The notes: generated by a model from the letters alone, not told the origin. DNA of 64,000 nt from Marispirochaeta sp. (GCA_963676835.2 CAXXFF010000001.1:864001-928000), one strand, 5' to 3'. Shown: positions 47,492 to 58,361, counted from the first letter of the stretch. Made by a program: numbers and translations.

Positions 47492-49065
47492 AGAGGATAA
47501 TCCCGCGGTGATTTGCCCGTAACCCGCCGGAAAATACGGCTGAAGGTTTCGGCATTACTTATACCTACAGCTTCTGCCACCTCGTAAACCCGCATACTGC
47601 CCTCCTCGAGCAGGGAACAGGCTCTGGCAATACGCACATCGGTAAGATACGTGTTAAACCCTTTCCCGTGTTTCCGCGAAAAAGCCCTGCTGAGATAGCT
47701 GGGATTTACCTTGAAAACTTCCGCAACACCCGACAGGGAGAGATCCAGAGCATAATTTTCCTGGATATAGCGGGCGACCCGGCTTTCCATGGAGCTTCCC
47801 CCTTCCATCTGCAGACGTATACCCTCTACGGCTCTCTTAAGCCACCGGTGATATACCGCAAGGGGAGACCTGGAAACCTGAATAACCCGGAACTGGTCCA
47901 TTGTTTCGGCAAGTTCAGAACCATTTTCCATACCCATCTGCTCACACAGGGAGAGCAGATGATAGTAGCACTTCTCATACAACAACAGCAGCTCTGCGGC
48001 GGCTCTTCCGTTGATCTGCAGGGGTGACTCCAGCGAGTAGGTAGAAACTTCCTGAAGGAGGCCGGCCATATCCTTTTTTTTCAGGTAGTCCAGAAAGATT
48101 CGCAGCCTAGCCTCAATATCGGGAGCCGGGATTTTCAGGCTCTCCTCATAGCGGGAATAACCGTAGGTATGGCCTGTGCCACGGGACAGGTACATACTGC
48201 AGCCAGCCTCCGCCTCTTTCATGGAGCGGTACAGATTCGGAACCCGGGATGTTGAAAAACCGGCGCTCAAACTGCACCTGTTTGAAATTGACTGAAGATA
48301 CTCTTCGGTACGCTGCCGCAGAGACTCGGCGGCAATACTGAAATCACGCCAGGACATGGTCGTTCCGGGAAAGTGGAACAAGAGATACCCGCCGCCGTCA
48401 CCGTAGCCGAACCAGCCTTCAAGGCTGTCCAGAAATGTTTCAAGATGTGCAGTCAACTCCCCTGTCAAGCTCACCGCATCATCCTCATCCCGGGAAAATT
48501 CATCGAGATGAAGCTGAAAAAGAAGAGAATAAACCGGATCGCCGGAAACAAAGGGCAACTGCTTTTCCGGCAGATCCAGAGCATCCACAGCCACCCTCCG
48601 CTCCACACTGGACCGGAGCATCTGTCGGACAAAAAGACGTTCACTTGCTCCGGCATACCCTGTCCCCGGCTCCCCACCGAAAGAACGTCTTTTCTGCTCG
48701 TCCCTCTGACGCTGGATAACTTCCCTGAGGGTCTTCTCTTCAAGTTCCGTCTTGAGGATATAATCCACTATACCCAGCTGAAATGCCTGTTTAACCAGGT
48801 GAAAATCATCAAAAGCACTGAGAACTATAAACCCTATATCCGGAAAGAGGTCCGAAGCCCGGCGGATAAGCTCAAGCCCATCCATTTCGGGCATTCGAAT
48901 GTCGGTTAAAACCAGATCAACCCGGTTGGTGCGGAGAAAATCAAGGGCATCAAGCCCGTTGTACGCCTCTCCGGCAACTGCAACCTCCAATGATTTCCAG
49001 TCCAGCGTTCGTATCAGCCCTTCCCGGAACATCGGTTCATCATCAACTATTAAAAGCTGCAGCAT
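47488..49065 (-). CDS. Response regulator, receiver plus AraC HTH (YesN-like)
   Basis: LLIVDDE, TDIRMPEMDG, YLSRAF...FSRIFRRVTGKSPRDY; start moved to ATG 49065. Confidence 0.93.
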   Translation of the reverse strand: MLQLLIVDDEPMFREGLIRTLDWKSLEVAVAGEAYNGLDALDFLRTNRVDLVLTDIRMPEMDGLELIRRASDLFPDIGFIVLSAFDDFHLVKQAFQLGIVDYILKTELEEKTLREVIQRQRDEQKRRSFGGEPGTGYAGASERLFVRQMLRSSVERRVAVDALDLPEKQLPFVSGDPVYSLLFQLHLDEFSRDEDDAVSLTGELTAHLETFLDSLEGWFGYGDGGGYLLFHFPGTTMSWRDFSIAAESLRQRTEEYLQSISNRCSLSAGFSTSRVPNLYRSMKEAEAGCSMYLSRGTGHTYGYSRYEESLKIPAPDIEARLRIFLDYLKKKDMAGLLQEVSTYSLESPLQINGRAAAELLLLYEKCYYHLLSLCEQMGMENGSELAETMDQFRVIQVSRSPLAVYHRWLKRAVEGIRLQMEGGSSMESRVARYIQENYALDLSLSGVAEVFKVNPSYLSRAFSRKHGKGFNTYLTDVRIARACSLLEEGSMRVYEVAEAVGISNAETFSRIFRRVTGKSPRDYPL

Positions 49066-50593
49066 CCCCTTCTCCTTCCAGCAGAGGCAGACATACATCC
49101 ACCCTGGTAAATTCTCCCTCCCGGGATGCCAGACTGAGTCCGTAGCTATCTCCGAAGAGAAGAACAATACGGTCATGAATATTCCGCAGCCCGATACAAA
49201 CCTCTTTCTCGCCCTCCTCGCGGGGAGAATTCTCCATAATCAACGGAAGCCTGTCAGGAGAAATCCCCTTTCCATTGTCCAGAACAGAAAGCCTGAGTAT
49301 ATCCCCGTCCCTGGTTCCGGAAATCTCCAGAAGAGCCTCTTCAGTGCCGGTATTCAGCTTACCCGTAAGACCATGAAGAACGGCGTTTTCGAGCAGAGGC
49401 TGCAGAATCAACGCCGGAACCTGGTAATCGCCGAGAAACTCATCTTCCAGAGATACCCGGTAGACCAGTCTGTTCCTGTAACGAACCTGAATAACCGCAA
49501 TGTAATCCTGCATAATCTCAAGCTCTTCCGAAAGGGAGATGAGTCCTTCACTCCGGGTAATGGTATTCCGCAGAAGCCGGCTCAGGGACTGAATACTATC
49601 AGCGGTTTCCGACTCTCCCCGAAGAGCAGCACTCATGCGCAGAGACCCCAGGGTATTGTAGAGAAAATGGGGATTAATCTGATACTGCAGGGCTCTGAAC
49701 TGGGCTTTGCGGGTTTCACGCTCTTTATACAGGGAATCTTCATACAGGCCGTGAATTCTTTCCGCCATACGGTTGAAGGCGGAATGAATCATGCTTACCT
49801 CATTCTCGATCCCGGGGACGACAGCGGTTTCTATCCGGGCAGGATTATCAAGTTCGCTCATTTCCTGCACCGTCCGGGCAAGTCTGTTTATGGGCTGCAT
49901 AACCTTGTAAATGGAATAGAGGGAAACCAGCACAACCAGAGCCAGACTGAGGCTCACGAAAAAAAGCAGATAAAAAATATAGGTATTAATCTGCCCCGGG
50001 ATTCTTAAGTTTATGGATTCCAGCAGCTGGGAAAAACTGTCGGAGGTAATGTCGAGAACAAACATCTGGGCAAGGAAGCTCTGATAAACCCGCCGCTCTT
50101 CATAACTCTCGGCTCCCTCTATAAGTGACTGAAGCTTCTGGAAAAAAAAGGTTTTATCCAGTTCATACAGTACCTGGGTTGCCCGTTCACCGTTTAACAG
50201 ATTATGGAAGATTATCTGGCCATGGATCAGTTTATTTTTTGAAAACTGCCATACATACCAGGCTTTATCTATATCACCGTCAATTTCCGGCGGCAGAATG
50301 CGCAGAAGACGGTTTCGTTTCAGCGCGAAAAAAGCATCATCAAGATTCTCAGTCGCTTCAAGCCAGCTCTCTTCAAGTTTGGCCAGCCGGGTAACCGAGT
50401 CGAGCCGGTAGTAGAGTACATCGTTGGTAATACGGTCCAGGGTGTTCCAGTAAGCCAGGATGGTGATGGTCTGATTGGATAGCTCTTTCAGGCTGAGCAT
50501 AAAGCGGCTGACACCGATTGTAGCCGAAAAGAGCAGAATCATGATCAGCGATGAGGTAAGGGTGGTTGTCAGAATCTTGCGTGTAAGCTTCAT
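49043..50593 (-). CDS. Sensor histidine kinase (YesM/LytS-type)
   Basis: Two TM helices, HAMP, QINPHFLYNTL, LQPLLENAVLHG, DNGKG; start moved to ATG 50593. Confidence 0.93.
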   Translation of the reverse strand: MKLTRKILTTTLTSSLIMILLFSATIGVSRFMLSLKELSNQTITILAYWNTLDRITNDVLYYRLDSVTRLAKLEESWLEATENLDDAFFALKRNRLLRILPPEIDGDIDKAWYVWQFSKNKLIHGQIIFHNLLNGERATQVLYELDKTFFFQKLQSLIEGAESYEERRVYQSFLAQMFVLDITSDSFSQLLESINLRIPGQINTYIFYLLFFVSLSLALVVLVSLYSIYKVMQPINRLARTVQEMSELDNPARIETAVVPGIENEVSMIHSAFNRMAERIHGLYEDSLYKERETRKAQFRALQYQINPHFLYNTLGSLRMSAALRGESETADSIQSLSRLLRNTITRSEGLISLSEELEIMQDYIAVIQVRYRNRLVYRVSLEDEFLGDYQVPALILQPLLENAVLHGLTGKLNTGTEEALLEISGTRDGDILRLSVLDNGKGISPDRLPLIMENSPREEGEKEVCIGLRNIHDRIVLLFGDSYGLSLASREGEFTRVDVCLPLLEGEGDAAAFNS

Positions 50594-50674
50594 ATTATTC
50601 CGGCGGCAACGAAGATTATGATACCGGATAAATATCCGGTTGACCAGAAAAAGATTCGGGCACATTATGTGCCA

Positions 50675-51445
50675 ATGAAGCTGCCCCTCTTCCCCGAAAC
50701 TCCAAGACCTCTTCTTTTCGCCCACAGGGGCTGTTCCGAACTCTGCCCTGAAAACACCATGCCCGCCTTTAGAATGGCGGCGGAGAAAAACATTCAGGGA
50801 ATAGAGCTGGATATTCAGCTTTCCGCCGATGGAGGAATTGTCGTATTCCACGACAGGGATTTATCGCGTATCTGCGGTATTGGTAGGAACGTATCCGATT
50901 TAACCGTCCGGGAACTTGCCACGGCGGATGCTGGAATCTGGAAAGGTGAAGACTTCAAAGAAACCGGTATCCCCCTGCTGAAAGAGGTACTTACAGAACT
51001 GGCGGACACAATGCTCTTTGATATAGAAATCAAATACTATAACGCCGCTGCCGCACTACCCCTGGTAAAAGGCCTTGCAGGGCTCATTAACGAACTGAAT
51101 ATACCGGCAGGAAGGCTCTGCCTCAGCAGCTTTGATCCACGGATAATCTACCGTGTTAAGAAGGTTATCCCCACCATACCTGCCGGGTTGATTTACGAAG
51201 CATCATCCCTCCCCCTGGGACTGGGAAAATCCGGTGCCGGTGTCTCCCTGATCGCCGCCCTTTGCGGTGCTGATTTTCTCAAACCCCGGGCAGATCTTGC
51301 GGGACAGACAATGCGCCTTCCCCGGCTTTGCTGGACGGTGGATGATCACAATACCGCCCTTGCATGTCTCAACCAGGGAGCTGAAGGCATTATATCAAAC
51401 AGACCGGAAGAACTTATCGCCTCCCCCGGCCTCTATCCTGTCTGA
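50675..51445 (+). CDS. Glycerophosphodiester phosphodiesterase
   Basis: AHRG, PENT, IELDIQ, VFHD, DIEIK, WTVD, IISNRP motifs. Confidence 0.92.
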   Translation: MKLPLFPETPRPLLFAHRGCSELCPENTMPAFRMAAEKNIQGIELDIQLSADGGIVVFHDRDLSRICGIGRNVSDLTVRELATADAGIWKGEDFKETGIPLLKEVLTELADTMLFDIEIKYYNAAAALPLVKGLAGLINELNIPAGRLCLSSFDPRIIYRVKKVIPTIPAGLIYEASSLPLGLGKSGAGVSLIAALCGADFLKPRADLAGQTMRLPRLCWTVDDHNTALACLNQGAEGIISNRPEELIASPGLYPV

Positions 51446-51475
51446 TAGGATCCAGAAGAAGATTCAGAAAAAAGT

Positions 51476-52891
51476 TCAGCGGAAAACATCGAAGGTGAGA
51501 GCATTCCCCCGCTGATACAGGAGACTTATGTTTTCCAGACCCGGAACAGCCGCCGCTGCATCACAGAGGGTATTTTCGAGGCTCTCCACCCCCCCGAGAT
51601 AACGAACTTCCAGAAAAAGAGACCCGTTTTTGAAAGACTGGCTCATGTTTCGCACCTGGTCCTTCAGCCTATCTTTCAGCTGGTTTGCAGCGGCAGAGCT
51701 ATTAATATTAATAATCTCAACCGTATAGGGAATACCCTTAACCAGCATATCCCGTACTCCCTCCTCGGAAATACCGGTGATATCCGGAAGCATCTGCGTA
51801 AGTCCCCTGACCAGTACAGCAGCAGAGGCTTCCTCTTCGCTGTTATAGCCGGAGACGGTAATTCCCCGGGGACTCCGGAGCATTCCCAGATCTTTCCAGC
51901 TGCTCGCCTCCATAATACCTATTCTGAAAAGCACTTCACCGCTGTATGAACCGTTACTGAAACCGGTCTCGACTTCCGCATCAATTGTAAGGGCAATATC
52001 AGCACGCAGCTTATCCGCAGTCCACTGCATCAGCTCAATCTTTTTACCGGTTTCCGCTTCATAGGTTCCCTTCTGATCGTGCATCAAGGCCTCAATGCTC
52101 TGGGGGCTGCTGACGGAGTACCCCCGCATATCAAGAAAGGTATTCAGAACCTCTGCAGCATCCACGGAGGCTTTATCAGTTTCATCAGCGGCAAGAACCA
52201 TGAATTTCATGCTGGTTATATAATCAGTAAGCCTCTGACGCTCAGAGGAGGAAAGATCGAGCCTGCCAAGGTCAACACTCCCCTTCTCTTCTGCGGCGGA
52301 TGACTTTGCCGCCGACTCCGCCAGGCTCGCAAGGGACGACACCTGGCCATCGGATCTACCGGCATCGGCAGTAAAAGAGTCCAGCCAGGGGGGAGCTTCT
52401 TCGTCTTCCAGCACCGGCAGATCAGCAGAGGAGGAAAACAGATCACCGCCGATACCCGCTGCCTCCAGACGTTTAACAAGATACAGCGTAACTATCCGTC
52501 CCCGGATCGCTGCCTCCACCTGATTATCCATTTCACTGATGGTACCCAGATTCTCCAGGCTGCCTTCTTTATAATAATCTGATCCGTTAGAAGCATCAGA
52601 AGAAAAGAGCCGGTCAAGCTTATCCACACTACTGACCGCAAGAGCTGGTCCCAGAAGAGTTTCCGCAGCTCTGCGAATCCCGTCAAGGAGAGCCGCTTCA
52701 CGGGCATCATCACTGTTTACAGCTGCACCACGGCCGTAAACCAGAGGGAACGACGGCTCTATTTCTGATACTGTCGAAGGTTTGGAAAGGCCTTCCTCGG
52801 ATGAGGGACCCGGCGGAGTTGCACAGGAAAAAAGAAAACTTGCGACTATAGCTACAATAACTGCAATAGAGATGACGCGGGGATGAACCAT
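51476..52891 (-). CDS. Lipoprotein of unknown function
   Basis: Lipobox FLFSC; alpha/beta-type sequence. Confidence 0.7.
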   Translation of the reverse strand: MVHPRVISIAVIVAIVASFLFSCATPPGPSSEEGLSKPSTVSEIEPSFPLVYGRGAAVNSDDAREAALLDGIRRAAETLLGPALAVSSVDKLDRLFSSDASNGSDYYKEGSLENLGTISEMDNQVEAAIRGRIVTLYLVKRLEAAGIGGDLFSSSADLPVLEDEEAPPWLDSFTADAGRSDGQVSSLASLAESAAKSSAAEEKGSVDLGRLDLSSSERQRLTDYITSMKFMVLAADETDKASVDAAEVLNTFLDMRGYSVSSPQSIEALMHDQKGTYEAETGKKIELMQWTADKLRADIALTIDAEVETGFSNGSYSGEVLFRIGIMEASSWKDLGMLRSPRGITVSGYNSEEEASAAVLVRGLTQMLPDITGISEEGVRDMLVKGIPYTVEIININSSAAANQLKDRLKDQVRNMSQSFKNGSLFLEVRYLGGVESLENTLCDAAAAVPGLENISLLYQRGNALTFDVFR

Positions 52892-52921
52892 TAAAAAGAC
52901 ACTCCTTACATTACCGGGCTG

Positions 52922-54004
52922 TCAGAATTTCCAGCGAAAGCCTCCAACAGCTCTTACTCCGTTATAACCGTAAGAACCGTCATCTGCAATACCATTCAGA
53001 TCAATCCATGATCCATATCCCCCATTCAGAAACAGGGCAAAATTTTTGCCCCCCCTGAACAGCACCTCCAGGCCGCCGTAGCCCCCGGCATAAGAAAGTC
53101 TCATGGCCTCACTGCCGTTTATAAACGATCCGACACCAAAGGCACCCATGGGAGAAACAGTAAAGCGCCCGAAATACCAGACGTACTGGAGCCCCAGATA
53201 GGGAAAAATAATATCTCCCCCGGAAAAGACGCTGCGGCCCGTCATTAACTCCACACCCAGCAGAGGATACATTCGTGCAGAACCCAGGGTAGCCCGGGCC
53301 CTGAGACCGGTAAGGGGTGTGATATTTCCGTCGGAGGAGATAAAAAGACCGCCATAAAAATCAGTATCCAGACCTGCCCGGGACAGCGGAGTAAACGCAG
53401 CAGCGCCTGAAGGATCGCCATACACCGGAACAGCGAATACCGCCGACCCGAAACGCTCTTTTATTAGAAGCAGCCCGGAGCTCTCATTTCCCAGAGCCGC
53501 CATCTCGTCACCGGGACCGATAGCGGGGAATGCTGCAGCGGGTATAACATAGGTTGACCCCAGCATGGTGAGAAGACCACCGCCGGGGGCTCCCGGGAGA
53601 GTGCGAAAAAGAGCCTTGATCTGTTTATGAAAATCCTCAGCTGCCGAGGTTAAAGACTCGAAACGGTCAAAACCGACTCCCAGAGCCGGCATGGCATTAT
53701 CCTGAAAGAGAATCTCACCTTCAGAACCGGTAGTAGAATCAAAAAAGGAACAGGAAAGCAGAAGCTCCACACCGATCAACCCATCCTCGGTTCTGGTGGA
53801 AATTTCATTGACAGTACATGACAGAGTTCCACGGATCCCGGACTCTGTGCCTGGTACTGCGGACAGGGCGCTTCGGTTAAAAATTTCGGCCTCAGGAAGA
53901 GTCAGCAGCCCCGCAGGATCAGATAACGGAATAACTGTAATCTGAGCAAAGAGAACCCCGGTGAATAAAATAAGAAAAGCGTGGAAATACAATTTTCGCA
54001 TCAT
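52922..54004 (-). CDS. Exported protein with probable C-terminal outer-membrane beta-barrel
   Basis: Signal peptide, Gly/aromatic-rich strands, terminal GGFRWKF. Confidence 0.65.
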   Translation of the reverse strand: MMRKLYFHAFLILFTGVLFAQITVIPLSDPAGLLTLPEAEIFNRSALSAVPGTESGIRGTLSCTVNEISTRTEDGLIGVELLLSCSFFDSTTGSEGEILFQDNAMPALGVGFDRFESLTSAAEDFHKQIKALFRTLPGAPGGGLLTMLGSTYVIPAAAFPAIGPGDEMAALGNESSGLLLIKERFGSAVFAVPVYGDPSGAAAFTPLSRAGLDTDFYGGLFISSDGNITPLTGLRARATLGSARMYPLLGVELMTGRSVFSGGDIIFPYLGLQYVWYFGRFTVSPMGAFGVGSFINGSEAMRLSYAGGYGGLEVLFRGGKNFALFLNGGYGSWIDLNGIADDGSYGYNGVRAVGGFRWKF

Positions 54005-54006
54005 TA

Positions 54007-55857
54007 TCAGACTCCGGCGCTATTGGAATCCGCACTGTTTCCGCTCAGCTGCAGTTCACTTTTAAGAATAAGGAAATCATCTATACGAAAAGCTGTGCCG
54101 TTTCCGCCAAGCCAGAGCTCTAAGTCACCGGGAGCATCTGAATAAGGAAAGCGCACCTCATTACCTCCGGGACCGCGGATCAATACCGCATCGGAAAGAA
54201 CTTTCCATTCCATACGGAAAAGCTCCCGGGAAAGATCTCCCGAAAGCAGAACAGCGGAGGATTTACTGCGGATTTCATAGCTTCCCGTATGATTGTCACC
54301 GGCCAGATGTAATTCGACAGCTCCTTCCGCCGCCTTCGGCACAGGAACAGGGAAACCGGCACTCCCTGATTCTTCTATTTTCAGAGACCCCGGAGAGTCG
54401 GATACGGTTATTCCGCCACTGCCGGGCAGAAGCAGAGAGTCGGGAATCCCGCCGTCAAATCCTTCTGCGGCAAGGAGTCTCTTCCCGTAACGGTCCTTCA
54501 TTGCAGCGGCAAACAGGGTAGAATCCGTTCCGGAAGATCCATCAGCTTTGCGAAGATAGATACCAAACTCATCCAGCACTCCGGAAAAACCGGCTCCTAT
54601 TTCAAGCTTATTCACCACTGCCGGCAGTGGTGAAGCATAAAGCGTACGGGTATCCCGCAGGCGACCGTCCACATAGAAATAGACCCCGGTACTTCCCTTT
54701 CGGGGAAGAATACTCAGTGCAAGAAACCGGGGAGAAGAGAAAAAGCCCGGGGAAAGCGGGAATATTTCCTGCTGGTCACCCAGAATAAACTGAAGCCCTT
54801 CAGTATTCAGTATTGCAGATACGACGGCCTCTTCCACCTCTCCAGACATTGAGTACAGGGAAAACAAGTGGCCGGGGCTCTGAAAAAGGCCTTTTATTTC
54901 AATGGTGCAGGGCCCTGCAATTCCCCGGGAGACTGGAAACATATGAGTACTGTCTGCAGCGGCGGCAATCAGGGAGTCTTCAGTGCTGAAACGGAAACCG
55001 AAGACGCCCTCTTCCACTGCCAGTTCCGGATTGCTTACCAGGCTGAGGTCTATATCCGGAATAAATCCGTCTGATTCTGTGGTTCCGCGAAAATGGAAAA
55101 GAGTACTGAAGGATTCCTCCGGAGCAAGTTCGCCCCGGACAGGCCCGGGATCAGAAGAGACAAAGGCCTCCATACGGAACCGCTCGGAAGCGACAAATTC
55201 ATATTCAGTCTCCGGTGCAGGAGGATAGGGAAACAGCTCCACCAGCACAGGATACACCCCTTCAATTTCAGGAACCTGCCAGCTGACAAGAGCAGCCCCG
55301 TCTTCGACGAGTCCGGAAGAGAGAACCTTTCCCCCGGCGGTCCAGCGCAGAAAGGGATTATCATAGCCAGACTGTTCAATATCTGCAAAGAAGAGCATTC
55401 CTTCTCCAGGTTTGGCTGCGGGAGGATAGGCAGAGAGCCCCTGAATAACAGACAGCCCGGGAGTAATGAAAAAAGGAAGAGAAAAGGGAAGAACCCCGCT
55501 GTTGCTGCTGCCTCCGGCCTCAACAGTAAGGGTATAAAATCCCGACTGAAGATTTTCCGTATTCAGTGCATCTATTGAAGGTGCAGCAGTCATGGTCCAG
55601 GTTTTAATCTGATTCCCGCTGAAATCATAGAGAGCCAGATCCAGAGAGGAAGGAAGGTCACTGTCCTCTGATGAAGTCAGTGTTACCGGAAGGATATCCC
55701 CCTGCTCCAGAGCTGTTCCGGGGGATAGACTCTGAACAAGGAGGTCATCGCCGCTGTAAAAATCCAGGAGTGCAGAATCCCCGCACCCGTGGAACAAAAG
55801 AATAAAAAGGGACGTTATAATCAGCCTGGAAAATACCAGAATACGGGAATGCAACAC
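54007..55857 (-). CDS. Probable lipoprotein with Ig-like and LamG/concanavalin-like domains
   Basis: LFHGC lipobox-like site; YFYVDGRL and GFSGVLDEFGIY motifs; GTG start. Confidence 0.65.
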   Translation of the reverse strand: MLHSRILVFSRLIITSLFILLFHGCGDSALLDFYSGDDLLVQSLSPGTALEQGDILPVTLTSSEDSDLPSSLDLALYDFSGNQIKTWTMTAAPSIDALNTENLQSGFYTLTVEAGGSSNSGVLPFSLPFFITPGLSVIQGLSAYPPAAKPGEGMLFFADIEQSGYDNPFLRWTAGGKVLSSGLVEDGAALVSWQVPEIEGVYPVLVELFPYPPAPETEYEFVASERFRMEAFVSSDPGPVRGELAPEESFSTLFHFRGTTESDGFIPDIDLSLVSNPELAVEEGVFGFRFSTEDSLIAAAADSTHMFPVSRGIAGPCTIEIKGLFQSPGHLFSLYSMSGEVEEAVVSAILNTEGLQFILGDQQEIFPLSPGFFSSPRFLALSILPRKGSTGVYFYVDGRLRDTRTLYASPLPAVVNKLEIGAGFSGVLDEFGIYLRKADGSSGTDSTLFAAAMKDRYGKRLLAAEGFDGGIPDSLLLPGSGGITVSDSPGSLKIEESGSAGFPVPVPKAAEGAVELHLAGDNHTGSYEIRSKSSAVLLSGDLSRELFRMEWKVLSDAVLIRGPGGNEVRFPYSDAPGDLELWLGGNGTAFRIDDFLILKSELQLSGNSADSNSAGV

Positions 55858-55924
55858 CCTTTTAAAAGCCTCTCCTGATAAAAATATAATTCAAACCCCG
55901 GTAATCCAGCAACGATAAAGAATC

Positions 55925-57070
55925 TTAGAATTCTTCTAAAAGTGAACCTTCTCCGGGAGAAAAGAAATCATCCATAAGCGACTCTTCTCCAAAGGGATCC
56001 GATTCAGAACCGGCAAGATCACGATAAAGTTTGAACCAGTATTCTACCCGGGCAAGCTCTTTTCTCCGCTGCTCGAAACGGGCGGCAAAATTCCTGAAAA
56101 AACTGGAGGCCGTAACATCGCCGACCTGAACCTCCCTGCCGAGGCCGTCACGGACTACATACCGGTTGAGCTCCTGCAGCCGGAAAAATGTCTGCCGGTA
56201 AAAAGGAAGCACACTGCGCATCTCACCGATTGGAGATGATATTTCCGAACGGAAGCGCATGAAATCACCTCTGCCGAGGGTAACTTCCCCGGAAGTATAC
56301 CGTTTAAGCCTCTCCTCAAAAGGTCTGAGTTTTGCTACAGCGGCCTCAAATCTGGGATCTATACGCTGAAACTGCTGAATATAGGCTTTGAGAAAAACCG
56401 GGGCGCCGGAACGGAAAATCTCCAGCCGTTCCTTCTTCCAGGCAGCCCTGTACTCGTCAAAATCATCGGGATCAACATCAAGGGATGCAACCGCATCTCC
56501 GGGAACCTTCTCCACCGCCTGGCCCGGATATGCCATTACTTCCTGCCGGTTCAGATCCTGACAGCTGACACGGCCCTCATCACAAAGAACAAGGACACCG
56601 CCATCGGGGGAGGTGACGACTTCAAACTGGGTTCCCCGTACACCCATGGCGGCACTTTCTGTCCGCACCGTAAGAGACTCATTACCTGTCAGTTTTGCAA
56701 CCTTCAGGGAGATATTTCCGGTCAGAACCTCCAGCCGGGTGCGGGATGCTCCGTTTTCCATGCTGCTTTCCACCCGGAAGGTAGTATCACTGCCTACATG
56801 AATTGTAGTACCACGGCGCTGCAGGGTGCTGAGTGAAAAATCAACCAGACCATCATCACCTGTCTGAATAGTATCGGAAGCATCCAGACTGTAGCCGATA
56901 TCTTCGGGAAAAAGCTCTACAACCTCGCCATCACGGTGAATGTCTACAATTCCTTCCAGATAATCTATCTTTCCAACTGTCTGGGAATAGAGAGGGAGGG
57001 AGAAAGAAAGAGCGAGTAAAATCACAAGGGCGACAAACAGCGCCCGGCATTTTCTGTTACAGTGCAGCAT
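55925..57070 (-). CDS. Exported FecR-domain protein
   Basis: GKIDYLEG, DTIQTGDDG, VRTESAAMGVRGTQF, helical C-terminal half. Confidence 0.85.
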   Translation of the reverse strand: MLHCNRKCRALFVALVILLALSFSLPLYSQTVGKIDYLEGIVDIHRDGEVVELFPEDIGYSLDASDTIQTGDDGLVDFSLSTLQRRGTTIHVGSDTTFRVESSMENGASRTRLEVLTGNISLKVAKLTGNESLTVRTESAAMGVRGTQFEVVTSPDGGVLVLCDEGRVSCQDLNRQEVMAYPGQAVEKVPGDAVASLDVDPDDFDEYRAAWKKERLEIFRSGAPVFLKAYIQQFQRIDPRFEAAVAKLRPFEERLKRYTSGEVTLGRGDFMRFRSEISSPIGEMRSVLPFYRQTFFRLQELNRYVVRDGLGREVQVGDVTASSFFRNFAARFEQRRKELARVEYWFKLYRDLAGSESDPFGEESLMDDFFSPGEGSLLEEF

Positions 57071-57098
57071 TTATTAACTCCTTACAGGGTCGAATTTA

Positions 57099-58361
57099 TC
57101 ACGATGATTTGGCCCCATCAATAGAAGCCCATAAACTGATTAAAGAAAGTACCATTTCTGATGCAAAAGTCATGGTTTCAAGAGAAGCCCACTCCCGGAG
57201 GCTGTGAAAATTATGTCCCCCGGTAAAAAGGTTCGGAGTGGGTATGCCTATCTCCGAAAGACGGGCACCGTCGGTCCCTCCGCGGATGGCAGTATACCTG
57301 GCGTCGAGTCCCAGGGACTCTATCGCCTTATAGGCAAGGTCCAGCACAAGCGGATCCTTCTGAAAAGCCTCACGCATATTGAGGTACTGCTTTTGAGTCT
57401 GCACTTCCACTTTGCCACCGGGAAAGGCCGCTTCCACTGCGGAAGCGAAGTTATCCAGAGCCTTAAGACGCCGTTCAAGGATTGATATTTCAAAATCACG
57501 AATAATAAGAGAGAGTTCTGCTTTCTCCATATGGCCGGAAGCTTCGGTGGTATGGAAAAAACCATAACGGCCGTCGGTGGCCTCGGGACTCTCTGTCCGG
57601 GGCAGCAGATTGATAAACATGCCAAGCATGGAAAGGGCATTTACCAGCCGGCCTCTTGCCCGCCCCGGGTGGGCGGCGATACCATTAAAGGTTATGTGAG
57701 CTTTCCAGGCATTGAAGCATTCAGCTTCCATGGTTCCCCGGACATCTCCATCCAGGGTATAGCAGCAGCGGGATTTCAACTTTTCCCGGGGAAAACGGTC
57801 CATTCCTTTGCCGGTCTCTTCGTCGGGGGTAAAAATAATCTCCAGAGGCCCATGGTCAATCTCGGGATGAGCAGAAAGGTACTCAACCGCCGCCATTATT
57901 TCTGCTATGCCCGCCTTATCATCAGCCCCGAGCAGTGTTGTGCCATCGGAAGTAATGATGGTCTGACCCAGGCAGTCACCCAGGTCGTCCAGTTCGGCCG
58001 GGTCCAGGGTAATGCCGTTTTCAAGGACAATTGGAGATCCGTCCCAGGCTTCATGAACCCGGGGTTTGACATCTTTACCGGAAACATCCGCTGCGGTATC
58101 CACATGCGCCATAAACCCCACTACCGGAGCATTTGCCCCTGCCCCTCTGCCGGGGATACGGCCGATAAGAAAGCCCTGACTGTCCAGTTCCACCTGAACA
58201 TCAAGCGATAGAAGCTCCTCTTTAAGCAGATTTAATAGATCCCACTGCCTTTCGGTGGTGGGAGAACTGTCAATATGAGCATCTGAAGTGGTCCATATCC
58301 GGGCATAGCGGATAAAACGTTCAAGCAGCTTCGGAGACGAAATATGATCTGAATTCTTCAT
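57099..58361 (-). CDS. pepT: Peptidase T
   Basis: AHVDT, LGADDKAG, TPDEE, IRGGTDGA, NFHS motifs. Confidence 0.96.
   Translation of the reverse strand: MKNSDHISSPKLLERFIRYARIWTTSDAHIDSSPTTERQWDLLNLLKEELLSLDVQVELDSQGFLIGRIPGRGAGANAPVVGFMAHVDTAADVSGKDVKPRVHEAWDGSPIVLENGITLDPAELDDLGDCLGQTIITSDGTTLLGADDKAGIAEIMAAVEYLSAHPEIDHGPLEIIFTPDEETGKGMDRFPREKLKSRCCYTLDGDVRGTMEAECFNAWKAHITFNGIAAHPGRARGRLVNALSMLGMFINLLPRTESPEATDGRYGFFHTTEASGHMEKAELSLIIRDFEISILERRLKALDNFASAVEAAFPGGKVEVQTQKQYLNMREAFQKDPLVLDLAYKAIESLGLDARYTAIRGGTDGARLSEIGIPTPNLFTGGHNFHSLREWASLETMTFASEMVLSLISLWASIDGAKSS

Noticed and set aside
51450..51485. Degenerate 12-bp repeats (atccagaagaag/attcagaaaaaa/gttcagcggaaa) between convergent genes
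   Set aside because: Too short and degenerate to distinguish from chance
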